DNA of 64,000 nt from the NCBI GenBank assembly GCA_037447605.1, contig CM074820.1, positions 2,170,001 to 2,234,000 of the forward strand, given 5' to 3'. Within the stretch, counting starts at the first letter, position 1; every line of letters begins with the position of its first letter. The notes beneath the pieces are model-generated. The model worked only from the letters and a program-made list of their open reading frames with translations. It had not been told where the DNA came from and searched no databases. The stretch comes from Zygnema circumcarinatum SAG 698-1b (lineage: Eukaryota; Plantae; Zygnematophyceae). Shown piece by piece: positions 52,616 through 64,000 of the stretch. Both the position numbers and the translations under genes were made by a program.

Positions 52616-55600
52616 TCACGGGCCCGCCCCGAGGGGCGCCCTGCGCAGGCCCGCGCGGTGCAGTCCGCGGACGGCGACGCGGACGGCCCCGACCGCGCCC
52701 AACTGCTGCATGCGCGCGGGGAGGGGGAGGGGGGCGTGCTCCTCCGCGGCGCTCGTGTCCAGCTGCACCCCGCAGAAGAAGGCCACCTGCCGCAGAGGGA
52801 GAGAGGGGGAGGGAGGGAGGGAGGGAGGGAGGGAGGGAGGGACAGATAGGATGCGTGTCAACATCAATTTTAGGGTTCCATGGTTTCATGTCGTCTAGTG
52901 ATTGAAAGTTTCTCTAATAGACGGTAGGAATGCGTTGGGCAGGGGAGGGGGGGTATGACGAGAGAAAAGGCGGCAGTCACCTTGCCGTCACAGCTCCGTA
53001 CAGGGGAAACGTGGAGACAGTTCCAGAACGGAGTTCCGTCCTTCCTGCACGGCGTGAGGCGAACACGTGTGAAGAAGGTACGTGGCAAAAAAGAGGAAGT
53101 TTCTGCAGTTAATTCTAGAAAAGAATTAGGCGAAAAAAAAAGAGAGACAAGCAAACAAACAAAAAACTACCTGTAGTTCAATAGCCGCACGGTGCACGGC
53201 TTCTCTGCAGAGATTGCTTCACGAATCTGTGAACACAAAAAATGGACACCAAGATGACGCTGAGCTCGAGAACAGAAGAGAGATTGAGAACAAGCGAATG
53301 AGAAAAAAGTAAGAGAGAGAGAGGGAGAGAAGACCAAATTGGTGCCAAAATCCTCACCTGCAAAACACTAGCAGGGTCTGTTCCCGGCCCTTGCAAAAAT
53401 CTGCAGTTGCGTCCCAAGACCTCTTCCTGCGAGTAGCCTGCAAGAAAGGAAGACACACATAAAGGAAGAAACTAATGTAAGGAAAAGAGGGAGAAGGGCA
53501 TTCAACGGACTAACAACGCTCAGAAGTAAATCTCCTGCGAGGCAAGGAGAGGTGAAGCACGAGATAGGGAGGCAAACGGCGGAGAGTGGGAGAGTGAGAA
53601 GTGGGCCAAGCGAGAGGCAGTGAGGAGCAGTGGGAGGAGGTAGGAGAATGAAGGACGAGCTGGAATGGGGGCGTGGTGAAGGGCGAAAACGGGGGAGAGA
53701 GAATGAGAGAGAGAGAGGGAGGGACAGAAAGAGAGAAAGTGAGGTCACCTGAGAGTTCAAGAAAATACTGGCTCGCGTGCACTATCGGTGTATCAGGGAG
53801 ATTCGGATCGGCTCTGAAATAAGAAACGACATATACAAAAACACACAACAAGAACGAAAGATGAATCCTCAAATCCCCGAGCAACACACTCCGCTCCCTC
53901 TCCCTCTCCCGTTCCCTCCCCTCTCTCCTCTTCCCCTGTCCGTCTCTCCTTCCGCCTTCCACATATCCCCTCCACACCGCGTCCCCCCCCCCCCCCCTTC
54001 TCTCTCGCCCCCTCGGCGTCCCTCCCCCTCCCCGTCCCCCCGTTCCCCATCTACCCCCCGGCCCCCATTTCTTCCCCCTCCCCACTCGACCCTTTCCCTT
54101 TCCCTTTCCCTCCCCCTCCCCCTCCCCATTCCCTTTCTCTTTCCCTTTCCCTTCCCCCCCCCCCCCTTCCCTTTCCCTTTTCCTTTCCCTCCCCATCCCC
54201 TTTCCCTGGGATCCCTTTCCCTGTCCCATTCCATTCCCGCTTCCCCCCCCCCCCTTCCCCCACCTTCCCCCACTTTTCCCCTTTCCCCTTTCCCCTCTCC
54301 CCTCGTCCCCCCTTCCCCCCCTCCCCTCTCTCTTTCCCCTCCCCGTCCCCTTACTCCTCCCCTCGTATCTTTAATACGCACACTCCCCCCCTCCCAAATG
54401 GAGCAACGGGGGCACAAACTCACAGAACAAAGCTCTGTTGAATCCGCACTAAGTGAATGACGAGAGAGGAGCAGACCACCCCTCCTTCTGCACTCTCTGC
54501 CAGTTCCATGCTCCGTCGTTCCGACATCCCTTCCGCGCCACTACTTGTCAGATCTGAGAGGACTGCAGAAAGTGCAGCTTTAACCTTCCCCTTCACCTCT
54601 TCTCCCACTTCCGTCTCCACCTCCTCCTCCTCCCGCTCTACAAAACAGAACATTAAGGCAGTAAAACAGCATGGAATATCAAAACAATAGCCTGGCAAGG
54701 TTACTTTCCTTTTGCTCAAGTGAGGTAACAAGTACATTCAGACTGCACAGGGACTTTGCAGACTCTTACTTTACTGTAGACTTTGAACCCTTTAACTAAG
54801 TTGTTTAACTTCAGAGAAAGAGAGAAAGCGCGACTTAAGTGAAATACCTTCTCTCTGCTGATCTCCATTCTGATTTGGATTTGCGTTTCTGTTCTCCTCC
54901 ACGGCCTTCTCGCCCTTCCCTCGATAATCGTCGGGAGCGGCTTCTCCAGAGGAGAGAGAGGAGAGAGGAGAAAGAGAGGAGAGAGGAGAAAGAGAGGAGA
55001 GTGGAGAGAGAGGAGAGGGAGAGGTGAGAGCGGAGGCGAAAGTTTCACCGTCACCGCTTGCAGCAGCTACAGCTGCTTCTGTACTTTCTACCAACTTCGC
55101 CTTTGCTTCATCACATTCCGCTTCGTCTCCTTCTTCAGAACAAGTGGTTTCAGAAATTGGAGTTTGTACACCAACAAAGTGAAGAATTCGACCGTCTTCG
55201 TTTGAATAAATGGGGGCAAGATGGAATAAGTTCCAGAAAGGCTTTCCAGATTTTGTGTAGTTCAAAATCTTTACTTGACACGAGCGCTCTTCTCTGCAGA
55301 AAAAGAACGCATCCATAGAAGCAACAGAGCAGAGTAAGTAGGAGGACCATGAAAGCGAAGACAAGATAATAAACGTAATCTTAACAGTAACCAATCTTTC
55401 CCCCCCCCCAGATCAAACCTACCCCCTAACTTTCCCCTCCCTCCTATCCCCCCCTGCCCTTACCACTTAGCCCTATAACTCTAACCCTAAACCCCTCCTC
55501 TATCACGTTATAATTCCGAATTTCCATGACAGTTGTTACGGTCCCTCCCCCCGTCCTCCCACCCCAAATGTAACTCTAAACTCAAAGTCTAATCCTGACT

Positions 55601-56063
55601 CCTCCCTCCTCCGTCCCTTCCTCCCGCCTTCCACGTAACCTTAACCTTAACCCTAACCCTAGCCCTAGCCCTAGCCCCAGCCCTAACCTTAGCCCTAGTC
55701 CTAGCCCTAGCCCTAGCCCTAGCCCTAGCCCTAGCCCTACCTCAAATCTCACCTTATAGCGTCCCGGATTTCCATAACAGTTCTACGGTCCGTGCCTGGC
55801 CCTTGCAAGAACCTACAATTCCGGCCAATGACCTCGTGCCACGTGTACTCCGTCATTTGCAAAAACCCCTCGCTGACGTACACGATGGGATGGTCCCTCT
55901 GCCGCGGGTCGCTTAAGACAAAGCTGTGGGAGTGGCGGGAGAGGGAGGCGGAGAGGGAGCGGGAAAGGGAAAGGCAGGAGGACGCCGCGGCCTGGCGGCG
56001 GGAGGAAGAGCGTCCCTTCTTCGTTGGAAGGGAGGGAGAAGGCTCTGCAACGGGGGAAGCCAT
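52616..56063 (-). CDS. LLP: LOV/LOV (PAS/LOV, twin-LOV) protein; exons 56063-55753, 55293-54848, 54637-54424, 53813-53749, 53437-53358, 53226-53171, 53044-52981, 52786-52616
   Basis: Two LOV domains, each with [13 protein letters not shown]; [43 protein letters not shown]; C-terminal [13 protein letters not shown] typical of LLP; no kinase domain. Confidence 0.93.
55636..55740 (+). repeat. Telomere-variant (CCCTAG/CCCTAA)n in LLP intron 1
   Basis: ccctaaccctagccctagccctag... ending ~10 nt from the donor at 55751-55752. Confidence 0.9.
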
Positions 56064-56637
56064 GGGAGGGAGGGAGGGAGGAGGGGACAGAGGGAGAATT
56101 CAGGGAGAGAGAGAGAGAGAGAGGAGGGGGAAAGGAGGGGAAAAGGGCGGGGAAAGAGAGGAGGAGAGAGCCAAGGTGCGGGAGGGGTGGACTCTGTCGC
56201 GCTCGTCCCCTCCCCCTCTCTCCTCCCTCCGGGGCGATGAGGGTCCGCCCGGGGGTGCCGGCGGACCGCGAGCGTGAACGGGGCCGCCTTCTGACCGTCG
56301 ATCTCCATCCGGATCGCCCACGATCTGACGTGGCTTATCCGATGTCGGCCCGGCCCGCCACGTGCCGCCACGCGCACTCGGCGTGGGAAGCGGCGCCGCT
56401 GCACCGACTGCCACGCTGGCATGCTGCCGTACGGCCTGGAGACGGTTGACCGTACAGTACAGAGAACCCGGCCACGCGTCGTACGGCGGGCGGGGCCTTG
56501 CTTGCGTGCCTTTTGCCTGCCCGCCCGGCCCTGACTCGTGGCGCGGCGCCGACACGCACGACCTGTCATGCAATGCAATGCAATGCATGGCGTGCTGCGG
56601 TTGTTGGTGATCGTGGTGGACTTCCCCCGCTCCCTCC

Positions 56638-57205
56638 TCGAGATGTGCCTCACATCGGTGACCTTCGCGGCTGCCTCTAGGGCTGCGTTGTTGTGCCTAG
56701 GCGTAGTTTTCCGCTCCTAGCGTAGTTTTATTGTGTTTAGGTCCTTTGCGACCAGTCCCTCGTGGTTCGACATTTTGCTTTTGTCCATGAACATTCGATG
56801 GCCTCGCCATCGTGAGTTCAATGAAATTTTCACTTCTTCCTAATGCATCATATACAAGTAACAACGGCACGAGGGGAGGCACCACAGGCGCAAAAACACG
56901 ACAGTAGTTGCATCGTCATCGTCATCTGCATCTGCATGTGCATGTGCATGTTACACAGAACCCCACCGAACGTGACACAGCAGTCATCCCTACACCGTGT
57001 TATCCGTAACGCAAACTTTCATTGAACTCGCGATGGCGAGGCCATCAAATTTACATGGATAAAGGCAAAATGTGGAACCACGAAGGACTGGTCACAAAGG
57101 ACCGAAACACAATAAAACGAAGCTAGGAGCGGAAAACTACGCCTAGGCACAACAACGCAGCCCTAGAAGCAGCCGCGAAGGTCACCGATGTGAGGCACGT
57201 CGCGA
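56638..57205. mobile_element. Foldback / MITE-like element: ~185-bp imperfect inverted arms (56645-56827, 57017-57198) around a ~190-bp spacer
   Basis: Arms are reverse-complementary with scattered mismatches (gtgcctcacatcggtgaccttcgcggctgc vs gcagccgcgaaggtcaccgatgtgaggcac). TSD not checkable because the right end meets an N gap. Confidence 0.6.
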
Positions 57206-57215
57206 NNNNNNNNNN

Positions 57216-60200
57216 GGCAATGGGTCAAATTGCCTTCTTTCTCCCACGTGCTATGTTCAACCCCATAGCCCAGCCACTTCACGAGATATTCGTGGCGGGA
57301 GGTCTGACCCCTTTTCACGGTTCGGTGGGTCTGAATGGACTCGACCTCGTACTCGAGGTCGCCTTCAATATCCACTGGGGGTGGAGGTGGCTGGATCCTC
57401 CCGTCACTCAAGTAGCGCTTTAGCAGACTCACATGAAACACCGGATGTATCTTCATGTGAGCCGGTAAAGCCAGCTTGTAAGCGACTTCGCCAATGCGGC
57501 TCAAGACCTTGAATGGCCTGATGACCCGTGGCCACAGACTCAGGTTCCCCAATTAGCTGTCTAGGTGTGCGTGCGGGTACTCGGCAGCACGTCCCGCCAG
57601 GTGGAAAAACATAATGATCAACTGCATGGCATGGGTATGGGTGCATGCCAGGCGTGCCTTCCTTGCACGCTGCACAGCTTCGGACATGAGTCGAACAAAA
57701 GATCTAACGGCGGGTGGGTGATCCCCCCCAGCTCCTCTCAAGCCCCAAGGGTCATCGTTCCGGTGGATGCCTGCATTCCACGAGGACGGTTGCTGATCCC
57801 TTGGCTGCAGGGGATTTAGAGGATGCTGACCATAATTCAGAAAGAAGGGGGTCGTACCGATTGATTCCTGATGAGCATTGTTGATGGCGTATTCCGCCAG
57901 TGGGAGCAAGTTATCCCACTCATCCGGCGTGGGTCCCACGTAATGCCTCAGGAAGTCCTCTACAATCCGGTTGACCCTCTCCGTTTGGCCGTCTGTTTGC
58001 GGATGGAAAGCTGTGCTGAGCGCTTGCTTTGAGCCCACGATCTTCAGGATTTCACTCCAGAAGTGTCCTGTAAATCGGGGATCCTTGTCAGACACTATGG
58101 TGGACTGAAAACCATGCAAGCTCCACACCTTGTCAACGTAGAGACGCGCCACTTCTTCTGCCCCAGCGGACTTCCGAGTAGGTGCAAAGTGCACCATTTT
58201 GCTGAGACGGTCCGACAAACACCATAATAGCATCGTGACCCCGTGGGGTTTCTGGTAAATCTGTGATTAGATCCATACCGATGCTCTCCCACTTACGGAA
58301 AGGGGGAGTGAGTGGTTGAAGCTGGCCAGGAATCCTGCCAGTGCGGGGCTTATTACGTTGACAGGTTGGACAGGCCAGCACTATGCCGACACATCCGTCA
58401 TAATGGGCACAATGAAGATTGCCCTCAAAGGTTTTACAACACCCCATGTACCACCCTAGGGAGGATCATGCATCTCACTTAGAATGGGCTCCCGTGAGTC
58501 CACACTTGGGAGGGCTGGTGCGTGTCGCGGTCGGAACCCGTCTGTGGAGCGCAGCACTTTGTCCTTATAGCCACTACCCTGGCCGTCCAAGAACATAGGA
58601 TCACCAGCATAACCCTCCCGAATCATCTGTCTAAGATCAGAGAGGGTAGGGGGGTCGACCGTGGCGCTGGTTGGGGTATCTATGGCTAAACACGTTGGGA
58701 AGGGAGAAGGTGAGTTGGCCGGCCCACCTTCTCGACCGCTTTGTTCCTCCAACACTCGGGTCGACGAGCGCACCATCCAGGCAAGATGACTGGACTGTCT
58801 GCTCAACGGATCGGCAACATTCAACCTTCCTGGCCGATATACCCATTTGCAGTCAAATCTCTGGAGGAACTCGGACCAACGGGCCTGCCGCCTAGATAGT
58901 GTCTGTTGGGAGGAGAGGAAGGTCAAGGGCCGGTGGTCTGTGACCAGCGTGACGGCTTCCGCCCCCTCCAAATAGCAACGCCATGTCCTCAAGGCGTGAA
59001 CAACTGCGAGCAGTTCCTGCTCGGTTGCCGAGTAGTTTCGTTCAGCTGGGTTCATCTTCCGGCTTTCATAAGCCAGGGGTTGGCCCTCCTGAAACAGGAC
59101 AGCGCCAAGTGCGAACCCCGACGCATCGCAAACCACCTCATAAGGTTTGGTAGGGTCTGCCAACACCAACGTAGGTGCGGTGATGAGGGCGTGTTTGGTC
59201 CCCTCAAACGCCACCTGACATTCATCTGTCCAGGTGTAGCGAACTCCAGATTTTGTGAGATCTGTAAGTGGAGTAACTAGCTTGCTAAATCCTTGAATGA
59301 ATTTACGGAAATAATTAGCAAAGCCCAAGAAGGACGCAACTGATGGGACCCCGTAGAACGCCAGTGGCGAGCCGCGCATTTGCCCGGGTAGCAGGCTTGA
59401 GGCCGTCGCTCCAGGTCTGTCCAAGGTAGAGCAACTCATTCCATAAACTGACATTTATTGCAATTTCACATTGCAATGTACTGTCCTGATAAAATCAACA
59501 ACATTGCAAACGTCAATCAAGTGGTCATGTCAGATTCATGAAAACAGAATGTCATGGAGATCTAGCCAAACGTAATCATAGTGGCGAACATCTCGTCATT
59601 ACAGAAGCTGAAAGGTTCCAATTCATTGTCAACCCGAGAAGGCAGTGCCTGTATGGAAATGGTCAAATACCCACGTCCGAACATAATTTGGCTCATCGCA
59701 GTTAGGATAATCCAATAGCTGGTGGTCACCCTGGGCCGGATCTAGCGAGTGAAAACCGCCGCCCATCAAGCTCGTCCAACAAATAGTATGAGGTAAGACA
59801 TCAGGCAATTCTTAACCGTGATTTTATTAAGGACTGAATAGTGAATGACATTCGCAAGGACCCGTCTTCTCCCACCAGAATAGGGATCAGGGCCAGAAAG
59901 GACTGACTGGGTGGATGCCAGCCTTCAAAGCAAGATTAGCAGGCTGCTCAGCATTTGTTCAATCTCCTGCAAGCTGGATCAATGGGTGGTCGCCCAAGGT
60001 GGCTTGTGCTTCAGGCTCAAGGGGATAGTCTGCCCACAGGCGGCCTAAGGGAGGTCCCTATACAAAAGATCTCCTGAAATTCATTAAGTGAAGATTGGAA
60101 CCACGGCTGCAATGAGTAACAACTAGTGGGTAAGGCCACTCCTGGTGGCAGATAATGAGCAGATTCAATGGTGAGCACAGGTGCACATGAAGAGGTCACA

Positions 60201-63162
60201 ACCCGCTTTCACGGCTTTCGCCACCTGCATGGCGGAGCACAAGTGCGCCGCATCTGGATGGAGGGGGGGAACAACCGTGGGTATACCTGGGAGTAAGGTG
60301 ACCCGCCGAGAGTCACTGCGAACCACGCAGTTTGGAACTGCAAAATCCATCATGGCCCGGACGGACTGCGGTCATCAGCTCCCTGAGTCAAGTCGTCCAG
60401 AGTCAGGAATCCAGACCAGGCACCGAATCTGCCCCGGAGACTGACCACAATCAATCATCACGCAACCAAGAATCCACCCCTTCGACCATGGCGACGTGAC
60501 GGTCTCGAAGAGCACTCAGTGCAGTGAATACATCTTAACAACAAAGGTAGGAAATTATGGATAATGTGAAATCAAATAGGCGATGACAGGTCTGCCTTCC
60601 ACAACCCCAAAAAGGTAGTGAGCACAGTGGGAACCGCTGAAACATGAGTAAATCAGTCCACCGCATGAAACACACCAATGCGCCAAAGGACAGGAAACGA
60701 AGCCCAAGTGTGTCACAGTCATGCCGGCAATAACGGCGATAAACCCTCGCCAAATCCGTACCACCTCCAATGGCAGTGACGAAACAATTATAAACATATC
60801 AACAGACATCCACAAACGCCAGTCATTGAAGTCGACCCCAATCAAAAGGCATCAAGCACGATAAACGGCAGCGATCGGTCAAAGTGCAGATTTCAGTAGG
60901 GTCAGTGTTGCGGCGACAGCAAACTCAAGAAAATCCATCGAGTGGAGGAGAACAAATAGTCATTCAGATATTCCGGGCAATGCAAGACGAAAATATCTGA
61001 TGCAAGGGGCTGCCGGCCCATAATATTCAATAAATCACTGGAAAAGGGTACAACAAAATCCCTACGCCTGGCAGCTCCAACAACCATTCTCCCCCCCCCC
61101 ACCACTACCACCTGCAACAACCTCTAGACTGCAGGTGGAGGTCCGTTTTCCGGGCCAGGAGCTTGCTGGCCCTTGGGACAGTCACGAGCCAGATGGCCCA
61201 AATTCGGCAGCGCGGTAACAGCGGCCTCCCCTCTTGAGCCTGTCCCGCTCTTGGGACGTAGACTGGCTCTTTGCCGCCAAGGCTAAGCTGGTGCATCCCC
61301 AGGACACTTTGGCCCCCTCCCGGCCCCCACGAGGACACAAAAGGGTGAGTCGTCGAGCGCGAGTTCAAATCAGAAGGTACAGGGACCAAGTTCCACGGCA
61401 AGGGTCTGCCGCTACGGCCCGCGCGTCCGCGTTCACAGCGGCCGCATAAAACAGATCTGCGTCCGCAGCCACCCAGGGCTTAGAAGTAGCGGGGTTGAGC
61501 AACAGTTGGTTAGCAATGTGAGGTTTCAACCCCATGGAGAACCTCACAGAACTGTTCAACCTCTCAAAGATGTATCAGCAGATTTTTAATGATCATGGCA
61601 GTCCAGAGGAACTGAAGCACGCTCCTCTCTGCGCCCCAAAGTGGCGTCCTGCGGCGCCCCTGCGAGCTAGGTGGACACGCCAAAGTGCTTGTTCATCTCG
61701 GTTGCAAACCGAGCCCAACTGCCATTGATACTGGCCCGCAGGTTGGTGAACACGCGGAAAGCCTGTCCACGGAGAGAGGGGTACGCATAGTTCACCCACT
61801 CCTCCGGTGGACAGCGGGTCGCGTAAAGGTAACCCTCGGTCTGGCTGACCCACTGCTCAAACGGGCAGTCGGTAGCTGGTCGCTCACCCCACAATGAGAT
61901 GGGTGGGAGATGTCGCGCGGTGCGGGACCCAGATCAGGGTGATGCCATGAGCTCGGTGAGCAGACCCATCCCACCGGCAGGTGTGGGTGATCTCCCACAG
62001 CTGGAAGATGAGCCCGTCAATGTCGCAGAGCCCCTACCGTGGGCAGGTGACGGCCGTCGCGGCTGTACCCTGGAGGTGGACGGCCGGGCAGGAGGGGAAG
62101 GTGCCACCGGCAACGAGTTCACAGAGGTGGCACCCCCAAGTGGACCCCCCGGAGGAGGACCAGGCTCACTCTGGGTGCGGAGGGGCTGACCTCTTGTCTC
62201 CCGATGTCCCGCCCGGACCTCCGCGAGGTCCCGGCGGTAGTCGTCTCTGAAGTCCTCCTGAAGGCGGTGCCCGATTCTGGTCGGAGTGGGCGTGGGGGCG
62301 GCCCCAAGGGAGGCGATCTGCGACCCAGCGGTCGGCACGCTCGTGAGCGGCGAGCGCAGAGAGGCGTCCAGCTCCTGAGTCACAGGAGCCAGATCCGCCA
62401 TGTGGGCGGGCAGCCAGAGTGTCGTGCCGAGGGGACCCTGCGGTGGCCCTCCCAGCGATTCGGTTCCGCCGGCGGGACGCGCGCCGCCGAGGTCGCGGTG
62501 ACCGGAGCCCCGACCGGTGGTACATGCTCCCCGAGGCCTGCTGACGGAGTGTGAGCACGGTAGGTGAGTGGAGGAGGAATGGAGGTGTCTCAGAAGCGAT
62601 TGCGGCTAACCCCGGCATCTTGGCCCAGCGTGGTAGTATGGTAAGGAGTGGTGGCTTGACGGGATCCAAGAAAAATAGCTGCGATACCAATGCCCAACGG
62701 GAGTCGGACACTGGTCTGGCGGGCTAGCAGGGAAGCGCGAGGGGTAGAGAGAGGGAGAGAGAGAGAAGCCGGTTTCCGGGTTGAATGCCGTTGCATTCGC
62801 CCCCGCCCCTATACGCTTCCCCCGTCGAACCCTCTACCAGCATGAGGGACCGGAAGCAGGGCCCACCACTGGCGAGACGCCGCGTGGCTGGTGTAGCCCA
62901 TGGCGGGTCGCCACGTGGAGTATATGTCAGCGCTCGGCCCGGAGCCGTCGCGCGAGGTTCGGCGTCATCGCATATACGACACGCGACCGACACCCGCGCG
63001 CGGCGCCCGCCGAAAGGCGGCGCGCGTCCGTACGCGCGCGGTCCTAGTATGTCGGTCCCCCGGCAGTCCGGTCTCTGACCGGACTGACAGTCAGTACGGA
63101 CGAGCCGTACGGAGATCTCCGTGGTGCGCGTAGCGCCCCGGTGGTTGTAGCGTTTCGCTACA
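57216..63162 (-). mobile_element. Decayed Ty3/gypsy chromovirus LTR retrotransposon (gag-PR-RT-RH-INT-chromodomain), 3' end lost in gap
   Basis: gag-like EEWVNYAYPSLRGQA and FSMGLKPHI; MIDCG protease-like motif; degenerate RT (IDYSVLNKITVKN); RNase H CDASGFALGAVL, ATEQELLAVVHAL, TDHRPL; integrase CPTCQRNK, WESIGMDLIT, FHPQTDGQTERVN; chromodomain YEVESI..EYLVKWLGYG..STWE. Multiple frameshifts and stops. Confidence 0.92.
62678..63162 (-). other. Putative 5' LTR (63162-62691, TG...CA, ~470 bp) and tRNA-iMet-like PBS (62689-62678)
   Basis: Minus strand begins TGTAGCG at 63162 and ends GGGCA at 62691, followed after 1 nt by TGGTATCGCAGC (10/12 match to TGGTATCAGAGC). No second LTR is available for confirmation. 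Confidence 0.6.
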
Positions 63163-63169
63163 AGCAGGG

Positions 63170-63810
63170 TTAGGAGGGAGAGTTCGCAAAAGGTATGACG
63201 GACGCAAAGCAAAACAACGAGTAAGCAAAGAAAAAGCCACCTGAGGATCGGAAAGATGTGGAAGCTGGTCGACCTCGAGCGCACCTCAACCAAAGCATCA
63301 TCAACAAAACAATCAACATAAGATGCAGCGCCGAAGGGGCAGCCTGAACTGAATGCCAATTCCATCAGCACAAGCTGGATGCTACAAGGAGCGAAGGGTA
63401 GAAGGGACGTCGTAAAACCAAGCAAAACACTTCCACAAATTTACCGTCAAACGCATAGCGGCCAATCGAGTAGTAAAATCAGTAAACGCGGCAACGACCT
63501 GGTCAGTAGGGCCAATGATATGAGTATCGTCGGCCACTGATGGAAAAAGGCAGCCTGGAAAAGCCTGTGCCGAAGCTCGAAGCGCACGAATGTGCGCCAA
63601 AGCGAACAAAGGACCTCCTAAAGGGTCGCCTTGGCGGGTCCCGGTCGCAGACTCCAAGGTCGCCACTCCACCAGATGCATCGCCAAGAGGAAAAAGGAGC
63701 GGGCTCGAACGAGAATAAAATGTGCGCACAAAAGGAAAAAGGGACGCAATCGGTGCAGGGGCCTCTCGTAACTCGCGAAAAATCTCATGACGATCCACCG
63801 TATTAAAAGC
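63170..63810 (-). mobile_element. Non-LTR retrotransposon RT fragment (early-branching, CRE/SLACS-like), truncated
   Basis: NAFNTVDR, GTRQGDPLGGPLFAL, SVADDTHI, LTVNLWKC are LINE-type RT motifs; the frame breaks right after RT motif 7. Confidence 0.75.
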
Positions 63811-63819
63811 GTTATCCCC

Positions 63820-63933
63820 ATGCATCCATGCATGCATGCACAGATGCATGCGTCAGGCTCCGCCTCGACGGGTTTGTCACGTCATGTCATGTCACATGAC
63901 ATCACGTCACGTCACGTCACGTCACGTCATGCA
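63820..63933. repeat. CATG-rich and (CACGT)n pentamer arrays at the window end
   Basis: catgcatgcatgca and cacgtcacgtcacgtcacgtcacgtca. Confidence 0.85.
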
Positions 63934-64000
63934 TTCTGAAGTGCGCAGGCACGGCCCCTCCCGCGTCGCTCGCCGCCCGCACATTCAGTCCGTACCGGTC

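Noticed and set aside
56645-56700. Pol III USE-like CTCACATCG suggesting an snRNA or telomerase RNA gene
   Set aside because: Imperfect match to RTCCCACATCG, no downstream TATA, and it lies within the inverted-repeat arm.
57216-58447. Domesticated integrase-chromodomain gene
   Set aside because: The integrase is split over three frames by frameshifts.
62724-63425. 233-aa minus-strand ORF as a gene
   Set aside because: Chimeric read-through across the LINE remnant and the putative LTR.

Overview
Eukaryotic, intron-rich streptophyte-like nuclear DNA (plant-type genes and telo-boxes; probably a charophyte/zygnematophyte alga or early-diverging plant, not determinable from sequence alone). Manual splice reconstruction gives 11 host genes: P4-ATPase ALA (+), a small basic conserved protein (-), 5'-partial SKI2 (+), an orphan multipass membrane protein (+), RECQL4/RECQ5-type helicase (-), phosducin-like PLP3/TXNDC9 (+), a TPT-family sugar-phosphate translocator (-), NUDT19/NudC (+), a Grx-DEP-DUF547 protein (-), WD40 AAMP/SQT1 (+) and a LOV/LOV protein (-). 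The right end holds a ~570-bp foldback, a decayed Ty3/gypsy chromovirus and a non-LTR RT remnant. Most ORF-track entries are microsatellite or antisense artefacts. Best leads: a ~230-bp cassette shared in sense orientation by the 3' UTRs of SKI2 and the LOV gene; a SAP domain inside the RecQ4 N-terminus; a class IV-type glutaredoxin with a lumen-like signal whose middle exons appear to be replaced by a telomeric array; A-free intron tracts (up to 1.15 kb) implying distant branch points; and 5-bp-period palindrome arrays at promoters. All exon models are hand-derived, with no database searches. Five N-gaps limit interpretation.
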